NCBI GenBank assembly: GCA_008369845.1
Contig: MRSU01010201.1
Span: forward strand, 1-33,567
Reading direction: 5' to 3'
Source of the DNA: Trichomonas gallinae
Lineage: Eukaryota
Length of the DNA stretch: 33,567 nt
The position numbers and the translations under genes are program-made. Below, piece after piece: positions 10,293-21,900 of the stretch; within the stretch, counting starts at the first letter, position 1; each line of letters starts with the position of its first letter. The notes beneath the pieces were generated by a model. It had not been told where the DNA came from and searched no databases. It worked only from the letters and a program-made list of their open reading frames with translations.

Positions 10293-10920
10293 TTTACACG
10301 TCAGATTCAATTTATATGATCCCGATACATCAGTTTACATGTCAAAATGGCAAATAATATTATCTTGATCCTTTATTTCGAAAAATTTAATAGTGAATCA
10401 CACTGCGTGATGTTCCAATATGGAAAACATCAGTTATGTAAATAAGTTCATGATTATATTTCATGAAAATGACTTTCACTTCTATAAAATTTGTCACTAT
10501 GGCATACATACTTATAGTCTGTTTATTGGCATATCCATGTTAACAGCGACTATTCATCTTGTAAGTAGACTTTAATCATTAGTTTACATGTCAGAATGTC
10601 AAATATTTTATCACTCTTTCTCTGAATCAGATGAATATTGGATGTAGGAAAATCCACTGCATATTTAATAAATTTTATAACTGTAGGCATAGTAAATGAT
10701 ATTCTGAATATGGGCAAATCGATGTGAGAGGTTACTGATCCCCATCCGTTTTTTGATTATGTTATGTAATCATGATTACATGTCATATTGTCAAAAATAT
10801 CATTTTTGATATGTAAACTTCAATCATTAATATTACATATCCATTTTGTTTTGTAAAAATTTACGCATCAATCCTATCTGGTTTGATTTGTAAATTATAA
10901 TCATCCATTTTACATGACAA
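10293..10920 (+). repeat. Degenerate tandem repeat (~190-250 bp units) carrying TTTACAYGTCA motifs
   Basis: 10328-10356 matches 10577-10605 at 26/29. 10484-10555 matches 10668-10740 at about 49/73 by hand alignment. Motif copies start at 10293, 10334, 10583, 10775 and 10909. Confidence 0.65.
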
Positions 10921-11862
10921 TAATATGCATGTTGAAATGTCAACATCTTTTCCTTATCAACATATAAAGATGGTGGGAAATATAGAAAAGATTTCTTCTG
11001 TTATGTTTTGCAAATTTCATTAATCAAAAAAAATCCAGCTTTTCAAAAACTGTTAAAGATCATTAATGCATCACTTAATTTAGTTCCTCATTGTTACAAA
11101 GAGAAATTCAATAAATCGAATGCAATATTCATCAAAATTCATTTGCCAATAAATTAGTCTAAATGGATCACTAAATATTCACATAGACAATATCTAAAAA
11201 TGGGTAGAATGTATTATATGGAAAAATAGCAAATTGATTACCAAATTTACAAAATTTAACAGCTAGAGAACGGAAACTAACAACGCATAAATAATTCTAT
11301 ACAGTTAAATAACATGTATTTAGATTCAATTATATATTTTTCGACAAAAAAAAAGACGACTAATTAAAGAAAAAAATTTAAACTCTATCAGTATATTCTC
11401 TTAGATCTATTCAGCAAGATTTTAATCGAAAATGTCATGTTTTTTTAAATTTTTAATCTCTTATGAAATACCGATCAATACTTTCAAATTTGATGTGTAA
11501 GTAGGCGTTAAACAATAGTTTTGATGAAATTTATTTTATGATTAATTTTTTTTTTATTTTTTTCGAAATATCGGATTTAACTCCAAAGACTAAGGAAGAA
11601 TCATATCGAATACAAGTTTTAAGAGCTCTTAACAATGTATTCGTGCTACAAAAAATGCTTCTTAAAACTAGGAACTGAAATCAAAAATATTTAGATAGTG
11701 GAATTTTTTGGTGATTTACAACTACAGAAATCAATTGAATTGAAAATTTATATCATAATGATTCTATGAGGTAGAATAATCATTTGCAACTGATTTTGAA
11801 AATTTTTGAATGCTTCAATGATTCTCAATTAATTTTTAACTACAATTCTAAGACAAATAAAT

Positions 11863-12273
11863 ATGGAGAAGAGACACTTCACGATGCAGGAAGACACTAT
11901 AATATTGGAGCATGTGAAGAAGTATGGAGAGTGTAAGTGGTTGTTGTGTGCAAACATGTTGCCCGGAAGAAACGAATCAACAGTTAGAGAGAGGTACAAG
12001 AACTATCTGAGTCCGAATGTATCAAAATCTCAGTGGACTCCGCAAGAGGATTCTCTCCTTCTTTACTACTCCAAGATTTTCCCAAACAAGTGGTCACATA
12101 TCGTCAAATTCTTGCCCGGTCGTACAGACAAGATGTGTCGCAACAGGTATTCATCAATTCGAAAAAATCCTCCTCGTTTGAAGTTCATAGAACAAAAGCC
12201 GAGGCTCGAAGAGATGGATTTTTCTATTTTCAACGATTTTATATGCCCTATTGATGTATTGGAAAACGTGTAG
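11863..12273 (+). CDS. R2R3 Myb-like DNA-binding protein, 136 aa
   Basis: Two Myb repeats: FTMQEDTII...YG..KW...A..LPGRN...VRERYKNYLSP and WTPQEDSLL......NKWSHI.KFLPGRTD..CRNRY. Confidence 0.95.
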   Translation: MEKRHFTMQEDTIILEHVKKYGECKWLLCANMLPGRNESTVRERYKNYLSPNVSKSQWTPQEDSLLLYYSKIFPNKWSHIVKFLPGRTDKMCRNRYSSIRKNPPRLKFIEQKPRLEEMDFSIFNDFICPIDVLENV

Positions 12274-14211
12274 TGTAACTTTATTTTTATATCTTCAACA
12301 TTATCGTGTCAAAAATTATTGCGCAAAATAGAAAAAAGATAAAAATTAGAGATATATTCGAATGCTACACTTTATTTTTCTATGTTTTTATCATTGTTGA
12401 AATAGACTAAACGCAAAAAAATAAAACATATATTAACAACTAGAACTCAAGAATGAAACTTTATGATTGAATAATAACTTGCTCTTTCAATAGAATAAAG
12501 ATAAGTACAATAATTCCATGACAAACAAAATCAAAATGACAAACATCATCAAAATTTTTAATTTACCAGAGATTGTCATTTTCTTTATTGATGCCTATCA
12601 AGCAAATATTGACGAATTCTTTAGCTTCTAAAAATGCTATTTTTTGATGTGTTCAAGGAAATATCATGTTCATCGATGACCTACACTATATCAATACTTA
12701 ACTCAGCGAATTTTCAAAACTATCTCATTATTTGTGAAAAATCTCGAGTTTCATTGTTTATGGAATACTTATCATTCAAAGTCAACTAAACAGTTAACTA
12801 TGCAAATAGTTTTTAAGAATGAAAATCTAATCCAAAAAAATCGTTTCATCAATGTAGAATAAACAAAAATTAAATAAACATTGTATAGATAGTTCACTGT
12901 TATTAAATGACATGTATTAACTGGAAAAGCTTTTGAAGTTACTTTTATTCGACCTTTTATATTTTTCAAATCTTTGATAAAATTCTTTTTAAAAAATCAT
13001 AATCTCCAATGCGTGTTGTACAAGGTTTTGCTAAATTCTGAATTTTCGTACAAGTCTATATATTTTATTGAGAAATTGGGTTGTACATCATAGTCTAGGA
13101 GATACCTATACTAGCTTCATGATGGGTTGGAGCTAGAATCCAAGTAAATTAATTGAATATTTATTGGATTTTTTTGTTGATTTACAACTTCACAAACATG
13201 GAACAAGTCTAAATATTTAGATGATTAATTAGATATCAAATAGTTCATCTTTATTTTTGATATCTTATAGACATTATCATGTCAAAAATTGCTCTACAAA
13301 AAAAATCATTATTGACAAAAAATTAGATGCTTCCAATATCACACACTTTTTTGCTTTATGTAATATTATTGCCGTTGATTGAACATGCTCGACAAAGCTA
13401 TTATTTGTACATTTCAAAACACTTCGACTCAAGTATAAACTCTTGCTAATTTATTCCATTACTACATCTATAGTATTTTCAATCCATAAATATAGAGCAT
13501 GATTAGTATCTGGAAAAATATACTATAACTCATAATTATTATATCATTGTGTATTGTTCTATTTGTACATGTTGTCCTAATATAAATTCAAATTAATTTG
13601 AAGGTAAAATAATCGTGTCTTACGTCAGATGTTGTCAGATTCTGGATAATTTAATATTGACGTTGCATCATTCATATATATCGTAACTATATTGCTAGTG
13701 TGTATATCCATAATTGTGCCCAATTTCTTAAAATGTGGAAAATCATATCTATATTGTTGAATTTGGATAAGGAAAAGGAAATAAACAATCGAATATATAT
13801 TAATTTTTTTGAGAACTGAAATGTAATCATTTCAAATTGTGCAAATGCTGTTATTTGTTGGATATCAAAATATATGTTTATGGTTTGAACATACTACTAT
13901 TTTGCAGCGCAAATACTTTTAAATAAGTCATTGTTGCGCTTCAATTTTGGAGAAATATTCGAAAAATATCCAAATTTTGATCCAATGCATTCTAATTAAT
14001 AATATAACATATATTTCGATAATACAAGATATTTATGATTTACAAATATGTTATTCCATAAATATTTTTTTATTGAAATCTGAAAATTTATGAAATAGCG
14101 ACCATCATTGTAGTTTTGATTTCATATTGACCTTGGTTTGTTTGTATACATATTCAATGCTGGAAAAATATAAATTGAAAATTTGATATCAACAAATACA
14201 TGAAATATTTA

Positions 14212-15021
14212 TTAAATACAGTGGTTTTCAATTAACATATTCTTAATTCTACTAGCAATGTCAGTTTCGTAAGCCAAAATCTGTTGGAAGCTCATTGAAT
14301 TCCATGATTTCGACCAATAGATCATTCCCTTGTGTAGATCAGCGTACAAGCCTGGAAGCAATGTGTGTGAGACCAATTCTTCGGCCAACGATGAAAGACC
14401 GAAAATTGAAACTTTGACTCGTACGATTTTTCTTGCAATACACATTGGACCATTATATGTTTTTGTCCACTCGGGTACTTTGTTCTTGTCGGCTCGACCA
14501 TTTGCTGTTAATTTTCCGATATTTGCTTCTGGACATTCGAAACCATCGATTTTATAGTCATCTGACTTTGCAGACTTCGTATTGACTACATCAAGATAGT
14601 ATATCTCACGATGTGAGATCTCTTCTTGAGAATAAACATCTGTATCGTCTAAAATTTGGTTTTCACCTGTATATTCACTTACATGCGTTGTTACTGTCAT
14701 ATCAAGTGTTTTTGGTCTGTCTTGGATACTGAAAACTGATGTCTTAACAGGAAATTGGTCATAAACTTCTTCAATCAGTTCTGTAAAGTTGTTTGGAATG
14801 ACCAGCTTCATGAAAGTTGGTATTCTCTTCTTATATCTGTAAAACAATTTTGTGTAATATGCTTCGCGTCCATTCCACTGTCTCACGTCAGTCATCACTC
14901 TTTCAACTCCGCCTTTTTCATCGGCATCATCCAATGTTCTTCTAGCAATAGAGTACTTCTCAGATCTCTTGAACTGCTCGACAGTCATTGGAAGGATAAC
15001 TCGCCATTCAACAATCTTCAT
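14212..15021 (-). CDS. Phosphatidylinositol transfer protein (PITP, START-like fold), divergent
   Basis: EWRVILPMTVEQF, GVE, YTKLFY...RIPTF, YYLDVVN, PMCIARKIVRVKVSIFGL and HKGMIYWSKSWNSMSFQQILAYE correspond to the class I/II PITP blocks. Confidence 0.9.
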   Translation of the reverse strand: MKIVEWRVILPMTVEQFKRSEKYSIARRTLDDADEKGGVERVMTDVRQWNGREAYYTKLFYRYKKRIPTFMKLVIPNNFTELIEEVYDQFPVKTSVFSIQDRPKTLDMTVTTHVSEYTGENQILDDTDVYSQEEISHREIYYLDVVNTKSAKSDDYKIDGFECPEANIGKLTANGRADKNKVPEWTKTYNGPMCIARKIVRVKVSIFGLSSLAEELVSHTLLPGLYADLHKGMIYWSKSWNSMSFQQILAYETDIASRIKNMLIENHCI

Positions 15022-15518
15022 TATTGGAAATCTGTTTTTTTTTTTTTTATTCGATTAATTTTTCAGAGAGAAATTATCGGTTGATCGGGAAAAACTTTAG
15101 ATTTTTAACCACTTTTAGATCTAATTAAATAATTTAAGTGAAAAATCATGTTGGTCGTACGGATATTTGAAAGCAATCAAATTTGTGAGTACTCTCAAAA
15201 TTTAAGATCAAAAAAATCATATCTAAAATATACGCAATAATATATAATGTAATTCTACAAAACTAACGATAAAAATTATTTGGAAGAGGGAAATTGAAAA
15301 ATTTTGGATCATTTTGGATCATGAATCTGCAATATGCATATGTGTGAAAAACAATGCCGATCAAACTTTTAAAATTTCTAACGATATAAAAAAAACTAAC
15401 AATGAACTGATCTTAAAACAAAAATCATAAATATATGAAGTAACTCGACAGCTCCGATATCCATCGCGTAAAATAAAATCAGAAGCTTTTGCAAAAATGG
15501 CAGAAAATTCAATAATTT

Positions 15519-15844
15519 TGACATGTAATTTACGAAATCTGTCATGTAATTTTATAGATTGCTAATGATGAAAAATTAATGACATCCAAGCCAACTGATA
15601 GCATAATTCGCCATTTTCTCACTAATATTTGTATTATAGCAACGAAAAAGAAGTTAAAAGCATAAATAAATTGAATTTGGAAAAAATAATCTTATAGATT
15701 TTGAATTTTCATTTGGAAAACAACTATACTTGTTCATTTAATAATGAATTATGAAGCTTTGAATTATAATTACTATATTTTCCTTTCTGAATAAAATATG
15801 ACATGTAAATTGTATTTTGCAAGACATGTATGAATTACGTGTCA
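15519..15844 (-). repeat. Cluster of TTACAYGTCA-type motifs (mostly minus orientation)
   Basis: TGACATGTAAT at 15519, TGTCATGTAAT at 15540 (21 bp later), TGACATGTAAA at 15799, AGACATGTAT at 15822, and an inverted ATTACGTGTCA at 15834. Confidence 0.6.
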
Positions 15845-15942
15845 AAAATATCAAAAATTAACGAAACATCATATAAATTATTTACAAAACAAAAAAGGGT
15901 ATATAATAATATAGAATATATAAACATATAAAAAATAATATC

Positions 15943-18900
15943 TTAGATCCACGAAAATCCTTCGTCAGAAGAAACGAAAGAGTTCTTTGCCGTAGATATG
16001 AGATGATCAACCAGCATGAATGGGAACGGATGATCATATTTGTCTGTGTCTTCAGTCATCATTGGAGCTGCATAAGATAGATTTGCAATGAACTGATTAG
16101 CGTCAACACTAAGAGAGAATAATAATGCTTCTAACTCATCTTTGCTCTCGTACAAACACTGCATAGTTGCAAGCCATGATGCACTGAATGATCCTAAGAG
16201 AGAATACTGCGGTAACATGCCCATGAGCTGTGGAGACAAAAGAACAGATGAAACAGTGTAAGCGTTCTGTGGGAACCAATCTGAGATCGAAATTCTAGTC
16301 CTGTCTGCATACAAAGCTATTGTTGGGAAGACTGGTGATGGTGTGTGAGCGATTGCTCTGACTGCATAAATTGATCCTATTTGCGATGAAATGGCATTGC
16401 GTGCATAGCAGAAATTAGAAATTGATCCATCGGAGCCTTCAACGAGCCACTTGAATGCATCAACTTGTGGAAGCATGAAATTCTTCCTAGCTTTGGAGAT
16501 GAATGGCGAGATTTCATCAAGTGGACGTGTCATATCCATGTATTGTATTGATGCGCCAACAGCTCTTGCCATTGAGTTTATGACTGGTGCGTTTCCTGCC
16601 AATCCGTGCAGCCACTGAATCTGTGGAGCGAAAACAATGTTAATGCCTGGATAGACGCAGTAAGACTGTGGATAGAACAAGAACGGCTGTCTTGTGTTTG
16701 TTGACGGATGGTTGGATAATTTGCTCGAGATGTACTTGGTGAAAACTGCTTCTCTTGAGTTAAAGTTAAATCTGCCGTCAGGTACAATGGAAACAGTCAT
16801 GATTTCGCCATTTTCCAATGTGAATCTCGCTGTGGCATCTTGTGTTCCATCGCCGATCACTTCCATTGCTGTGACTATTTCTGTTGATTCTCCAACAGGT
16901 ATTCTGCAGCCCTGCAGTGGGATAACTTTCGCTCTGTGCTGTGTCATATAATATGGTGGATTCGAGGCGCAGAAGTTGCAAAGATCAGGCAGTGTTGGAT
17001 TTATTCCTAATTCTGTTTGAACTTCAGGTGGAACAGGTCTTGATGGTTTTGTGAGGGCCATGAATAATGTTCTGTGTGCCCACACTACTTTTCTAACTCT
17101 TGAAAGTGTTTCTTCGCTATCTTTCAAGAACTGGAAAAGCATGTGTATGTCTGTCAATATGGCTTTCGTGTGTTTTCTCTGCTGGATGAATTCCAGTGTC
17201 TGTTGAATCAAAGGAGATTTTTGGGTCAGTCTAATGTGCAAAGCTGTCATGATGAAGTGGATCGGGAAATTGTCAACAAGAGAAACGAAGAACTGAGGTG
17301 GAATTGTATCACAGCATTCGAAAATAATTTGAAGCCAGCTGATCCACATTGGATGAAGCTTTGTTGGCTGTGTTCTCGAGACTATCGAGTTGAAAATGTC
17401 GCCTGCACGCGGTCTGTATTGTCTCACTATCATGATAATAACTGCAATCAACGACATGTAGTCTTCTTTCGAAGCGATGGCGAAATAATCAGCCAATTTC
17501 ATCATCAAAGAATTCAAATCCAAAAATCCTGGCTGCTTTGTTGCAATAAAAGTCAGGAATTTGATATTGGCTCTGCACTGCTCTTGTGGCATCAAGCACA
17601 TGTTCGTAAAGTTGTATGCGTTCTGGATGTCGTGGACTCCCATGAAGAAGCAGACGAGCTGTCTGTTGAACTGTATCTTCTTCATTCTCGCGTTCATCAA
17701 ATAATTCGACAAGCGCGGCAAAGCTGTATCCGGATAATCTGTCAGTCTATCATCGGCATGATGCATAGCTTTCAGTCTCACATCGAATGATCTCCTGATG
17801 GCCCCAACGTTCACCAACAACTGAGCGAAATTAATATAGTTCTGCATCAACAAATCACTGTAGTTATCATGTCTGTGGATCTCTTTGAGTGTGTTCTGAA
17901 GAACGATAATTCTCCAGCCCAATGATGATGCTGTTGTGCACAATCTGTCTAAAGTTGGGAGCCAGACATTTGTCCAGAATCTGATGTCATCAGTGCTTCT
18001 TCCATCCTGCATTTGAGACATTGCAGCTGACATCATCTTGCATGCGCCAATTGCTTCTTCAGCGATAACTGACCTGCTCATTGTTGTGATGAAAGAAGAG
18101 CTGAAGTATGTTGTATTTGAAAACTCATTCCTTCTGTGTGGGTCAAGACTGTGTGAGAAATATGTCAGGAAAGGAAGATAGATGTAATGAGGTGAAGTGT
18201 CGTTCTTCTGGACAATGATAGAAGCAAACATGTCATTGGCCCATGGGAAACTGAGATTAATAGCAGCAGATCTCATCTGTATTATAGCCTGTGAATAACA
18301 TTCAGGATGCTGGTATGTTGAGTCAATGAATGAAGCGAAAGCAGCTTCGTACTGGCAAAGATGTGAATATGAATAAGCAGTACTTAATACAGGTAACTCT
18401 TCTCTTGCGAGACCCAAAGCATCATCTGTAAGATTGAGCTGCTCCAAGAAGAACATGTTAGAATATGTTGGGGAGTTCGGCAACGGCTTCGAGTGATGGA
18501 ATGGAGGAGTGATATTGAAAACAGCAGACAAAGATGAATTGGGGAAGAGTCTGATGTAGTACTTCATGAAAGTGACAAATCTTGGAAACATCAAAACAGG
18601 CGATGAATGTAAAGCTGTTATAAGCAATGCTTGAATGCTTGGCAAATCAAGGAATAAAGCGATCATTGAAATAGAAGAGGGTAAGAACATTCTGGCGAAG
18701 ATTTGGATGTGAATCTCATTATGTTGTGCAGCCCAATCATTCTCCCAGCATGCATCAACAATATTTGGCTCTTGTTGAACAACAAATATCCTGTTCTTTG
18801 CATATTTGTAGCAGGCGCTGTATGCCTTAGGGAATTTCGTCTTCAGGACTTTGTTGACTTCATTGATGACATAAGGATGTATTGGATATTTTAGCTTGGT

Positions 18901-21900
18901 AATCTCAGCCAATAACTGTGGCTCTGATTGCGGGAAAACAGCGTCAAACAAGAACAGCATTATCTTGAAGTGTGGCGAATTCGTGAATTCAGAAATCCAC
19001 TGTACAACTGTTCCGAATGGGCTCTTCTGTGGCTGAGAAAACGGCGAGTTAACAGTGATCTTCATCGCGCTGTAGATCTCGTTGATAGCAAACTCAGCAA
19101 CTCTTGATCCGCCAGATATAACAATGTCCTTCAAAGCTTTCTGGTAGAGAGAAACGAACTCTTTTGGTGGCTGTAATAACTGGAAACCGCTTAAAACTAC
19201 TGGAAGCCTCTTGAGAGAATTATCAGCAGCCATAAGTTTGGCAATTGCTGCAACAACTTGCAGATAGAATGAATATTGAGCACTTGAAAGATCCTTTGGT
19301 AGTTTCTCTGTCAAATGTGTTCTTATCAACTGCAAATATTTGCTGTTGACGTTGACTGTTGTCAAACTGTCCTTGATTTTGTTCAAAGCAGCAGGGAATT
19401 GTTCGAAAGTTAAAAACTTTGAGTCAGGTGGATTGTTGAGGATCATGTAGACAATTACATCGAATATTCTTGGGTGAGCTATGTGTTCCGGAGTGCTTAC
19501 TATGGACTCGTAGATGCTTGGCAGGAAATATGTGTACATCTCGTGGATCTGATATTTCGTGAACGAGTTTATATAAGTGAATCTCAAAACAGACTTCGCG
19601 AAATTCAGATTGTTAGGATTGAAAACACTTGGTGATGTTCCTGCTGTTCTAAAAGCAACTTTTGATGAATTTGTCACACATGGAATCTTCCAGACTAAGA
19701 AATTAAATACTTCAGTCATAGCATCTCTGAAACTCAGATTGCTTTCATCCTTCGCTTTGATCGTTCTCGCGACACTGACCAATCTAGAGAAGTTAGGTAT
19801 AGATTCCGCTGGCAAAGCATTCGTCATGATTGCGACAGCATGAATGTCGTGTGATATTGATTCTATTCCGCAAAAAGTGAAATCTTGCACTTGCATATTT
19901 TTGATGTTGTGAAGCATTGCGTTATAGTATCTTATCAGATTATCGTTGAGCAGAGAATCGGATGGAATCATTGACTGGAAGTTTCCTGTGAAATATGTTA
20001 GTGTTTCCGGCGGCATCTCTTTGAGTATTTCATATCTAAGCCAGCTCTGGAAGACTCTCGACAAAATGTTTGGAATTGGAGCATTATTTAAGAAGTCAAT
20101 CAGCTGGTATCCTTTAGTGATGAAATGCTTTGCAATTTTGACGAATCTTGAGACAAGCAGAGAATGAGTGAACATCAGTGGCTGCTGCACAATGAAGTTG
20201 ATGTTCTCAGGAATCATGGACATCAACAACTGAGACTTCTCGACGACATCAATGCACTCAACTGGGAACAAAATCTGAACAGCTGCAATGAAGAGCGCTG
20301 GTCTGAAAACAGTCAACTGGAAAGTCTGGTCTGTCTTTGATTGTTTGATGATTTCTTTGACCAAAACTTGTGCGTTATACAACGTGTTTTCGGAGCATCC
20401 GTACTTGAGGATGTTAGGAAGATGCTTGTAGAGTCTGTTCAAGATTAAATTAGCAGCGAGTGAGCTTGTGATGATTTGCTGTGGCTGCTGTTGAACTTGC
20501 TGCACTTGTTGCTGCTGCATTTGGTTGCGCATCTGCTGTTGAACTTGAGATGGCGTTGGATTAGGGACAGGTGGCTGTGGGGGCAACGGCGACTGCATTG
20601 GCGTGTTGTTCATTGATGACGATTGAGGCATTGGTGACTGCATTTGCGATTGCATCTGCGACTGTAATTGTGAATTTGACAATTGTTGAGACATCTGCTG
20701 AAGCATTGACTGAGGAATGTTCTGCATCATTTGAGGTGACATTGGGGAAGGCTGTGCGTTGATCTTCTGAGAGTTCTGCTTGCCCATCATCATGCTCATC
20801 TGCTGGAATGACTGGTACTGCTGCTGTCGAGATTGTTGCTGCAATTTCGCGAAGTTCTGAGACATTTGTTGAATCTGTTGTTGTGTCAACGGTTTTGTAT
20901 CTTGCTGCTGATTCTGCTGTTGATTCTTTTGCATTTGTGCCTGTAATTGCTGCTGCATTGCCTGCTTCATTTGTTGCTGCATTTGCTGTGGATTCATAGG
21001 AGTCTGCTGTTGCTGGCTGTTTGTATTTTGTTGCTGATTCTGTTGCTGCTGCATTTGTTGCTGGAACTGTTGCTGTAGTTGTTGTTGCATTTGTTGCTGC
21101 ATCTGATATTGCTGTTGCCTCTGCTGGTTCTGTTGCATTTGCTGCTGCATCTGCTGTTGCATTTGTTGCTGTTGTGGCATCTGTTGTTGCTGCATTTGTT
21201 GTTGCTGCATCTGCTGCATCTGCATTTGTTGTTGCATCTGTTGCTGCATGTGCTGGGGGCGATATTGGAGCTGCTTGGAGATTTCAGTTTTGTGATTTTC
21301 CAGATAAGTAAAAATGTTGGCGACATTTGTCGACAACCTTGAAATAATTTCATCTCTGAAGTCACCAAGATCTTTGTGATTAAACAATCTTTCGACAAGA
21401 TTGATATACTTAAGTTCGAACTGTTCGCTGAACATCTCCATGATTATTTGCACGCATTCTCTCTGGAATGATTTAACAAAGACTTCAGGCGGGCTGGCGA
21501 AAACGCATGAAAGGTCGAATCCTGATCTTATCAATTTTTTAAGTTCTGGGGACATAAACTGCTGCGGGAAAGCTCCGATGACTTTGAAGACAGGTGTCAA
21601 ATAGTTTGGAGGAGCAATCTTAGCCTGCTGAAGAATGAATCTATATAAAGATGATGCGAATTCTTCTAATGGATTAACTTTTTGATTTTCCAGCAAAAAT
21701 TCAAAAAGATACAATTCTTGGACTGTGCTCTCGAACTTTAAGTCTGTTGGACAGTAAGTCAATGTTCCACCGATCTTTTTGATGAAGTTCTTGATCTTCT
21801 TCAAGAAATATCCAAGCATTGTTATCAGTTTTTGCTCTCTTATTATCTTGAAAGATTCTCGCCAGAAATATTCGGCCATGTCTCCCATAGATTCTGTAGT

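Noticed and set aside
10144..10368. 74-aa hydrophobic + ORF (similarly 12772..12969)
   Set aside because: AT-rich spacer translating to F/I/L/K/N-rich sequence, with a non-ATG start and no family signal.
10293..10920. CRISPR-like reading of the recurring motif
   Set aside because: The repeats are short and degenerate, spacing is irregular, there are no cas genes, and the context is eukaryotic.
13111..13137. Small hairpin CTAGCTTCA...TGGAGCTAG
   Set aside because: A single short stem with no RNA-family context, compatible with chance.
15301..15320. ATTTTGGATC x2 tandem, and homopolymer runs at ~2042 and ~15035
   Set aside because: Ordinary slippage-type micro-repeats in AT-rich DNA.
15560..15603. 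Box C/D-like arrangement TGCTA-ATGATGA...CTGA-TAGCA with a 5-bp terminal stem
   Set aside because: Only 23 nt separate boxes C and D, there is no room for C'/D' boxes, and I could not recognise an rRNA target. Too short for a snoRNA unless small-RNA data show otherwise.
17143..17790. 215-aa + ORF inside the TRRAP-like gene
   Set aside because: Antisense to a well-supported CDS, with no recognisable domain.
20571..21398. Poly-Ala/Val, Leu/His and Ser/Asn/Cys ORFs
   Set aside because: Alternative-frame readings of the CAG/CAA-rich Q tract.
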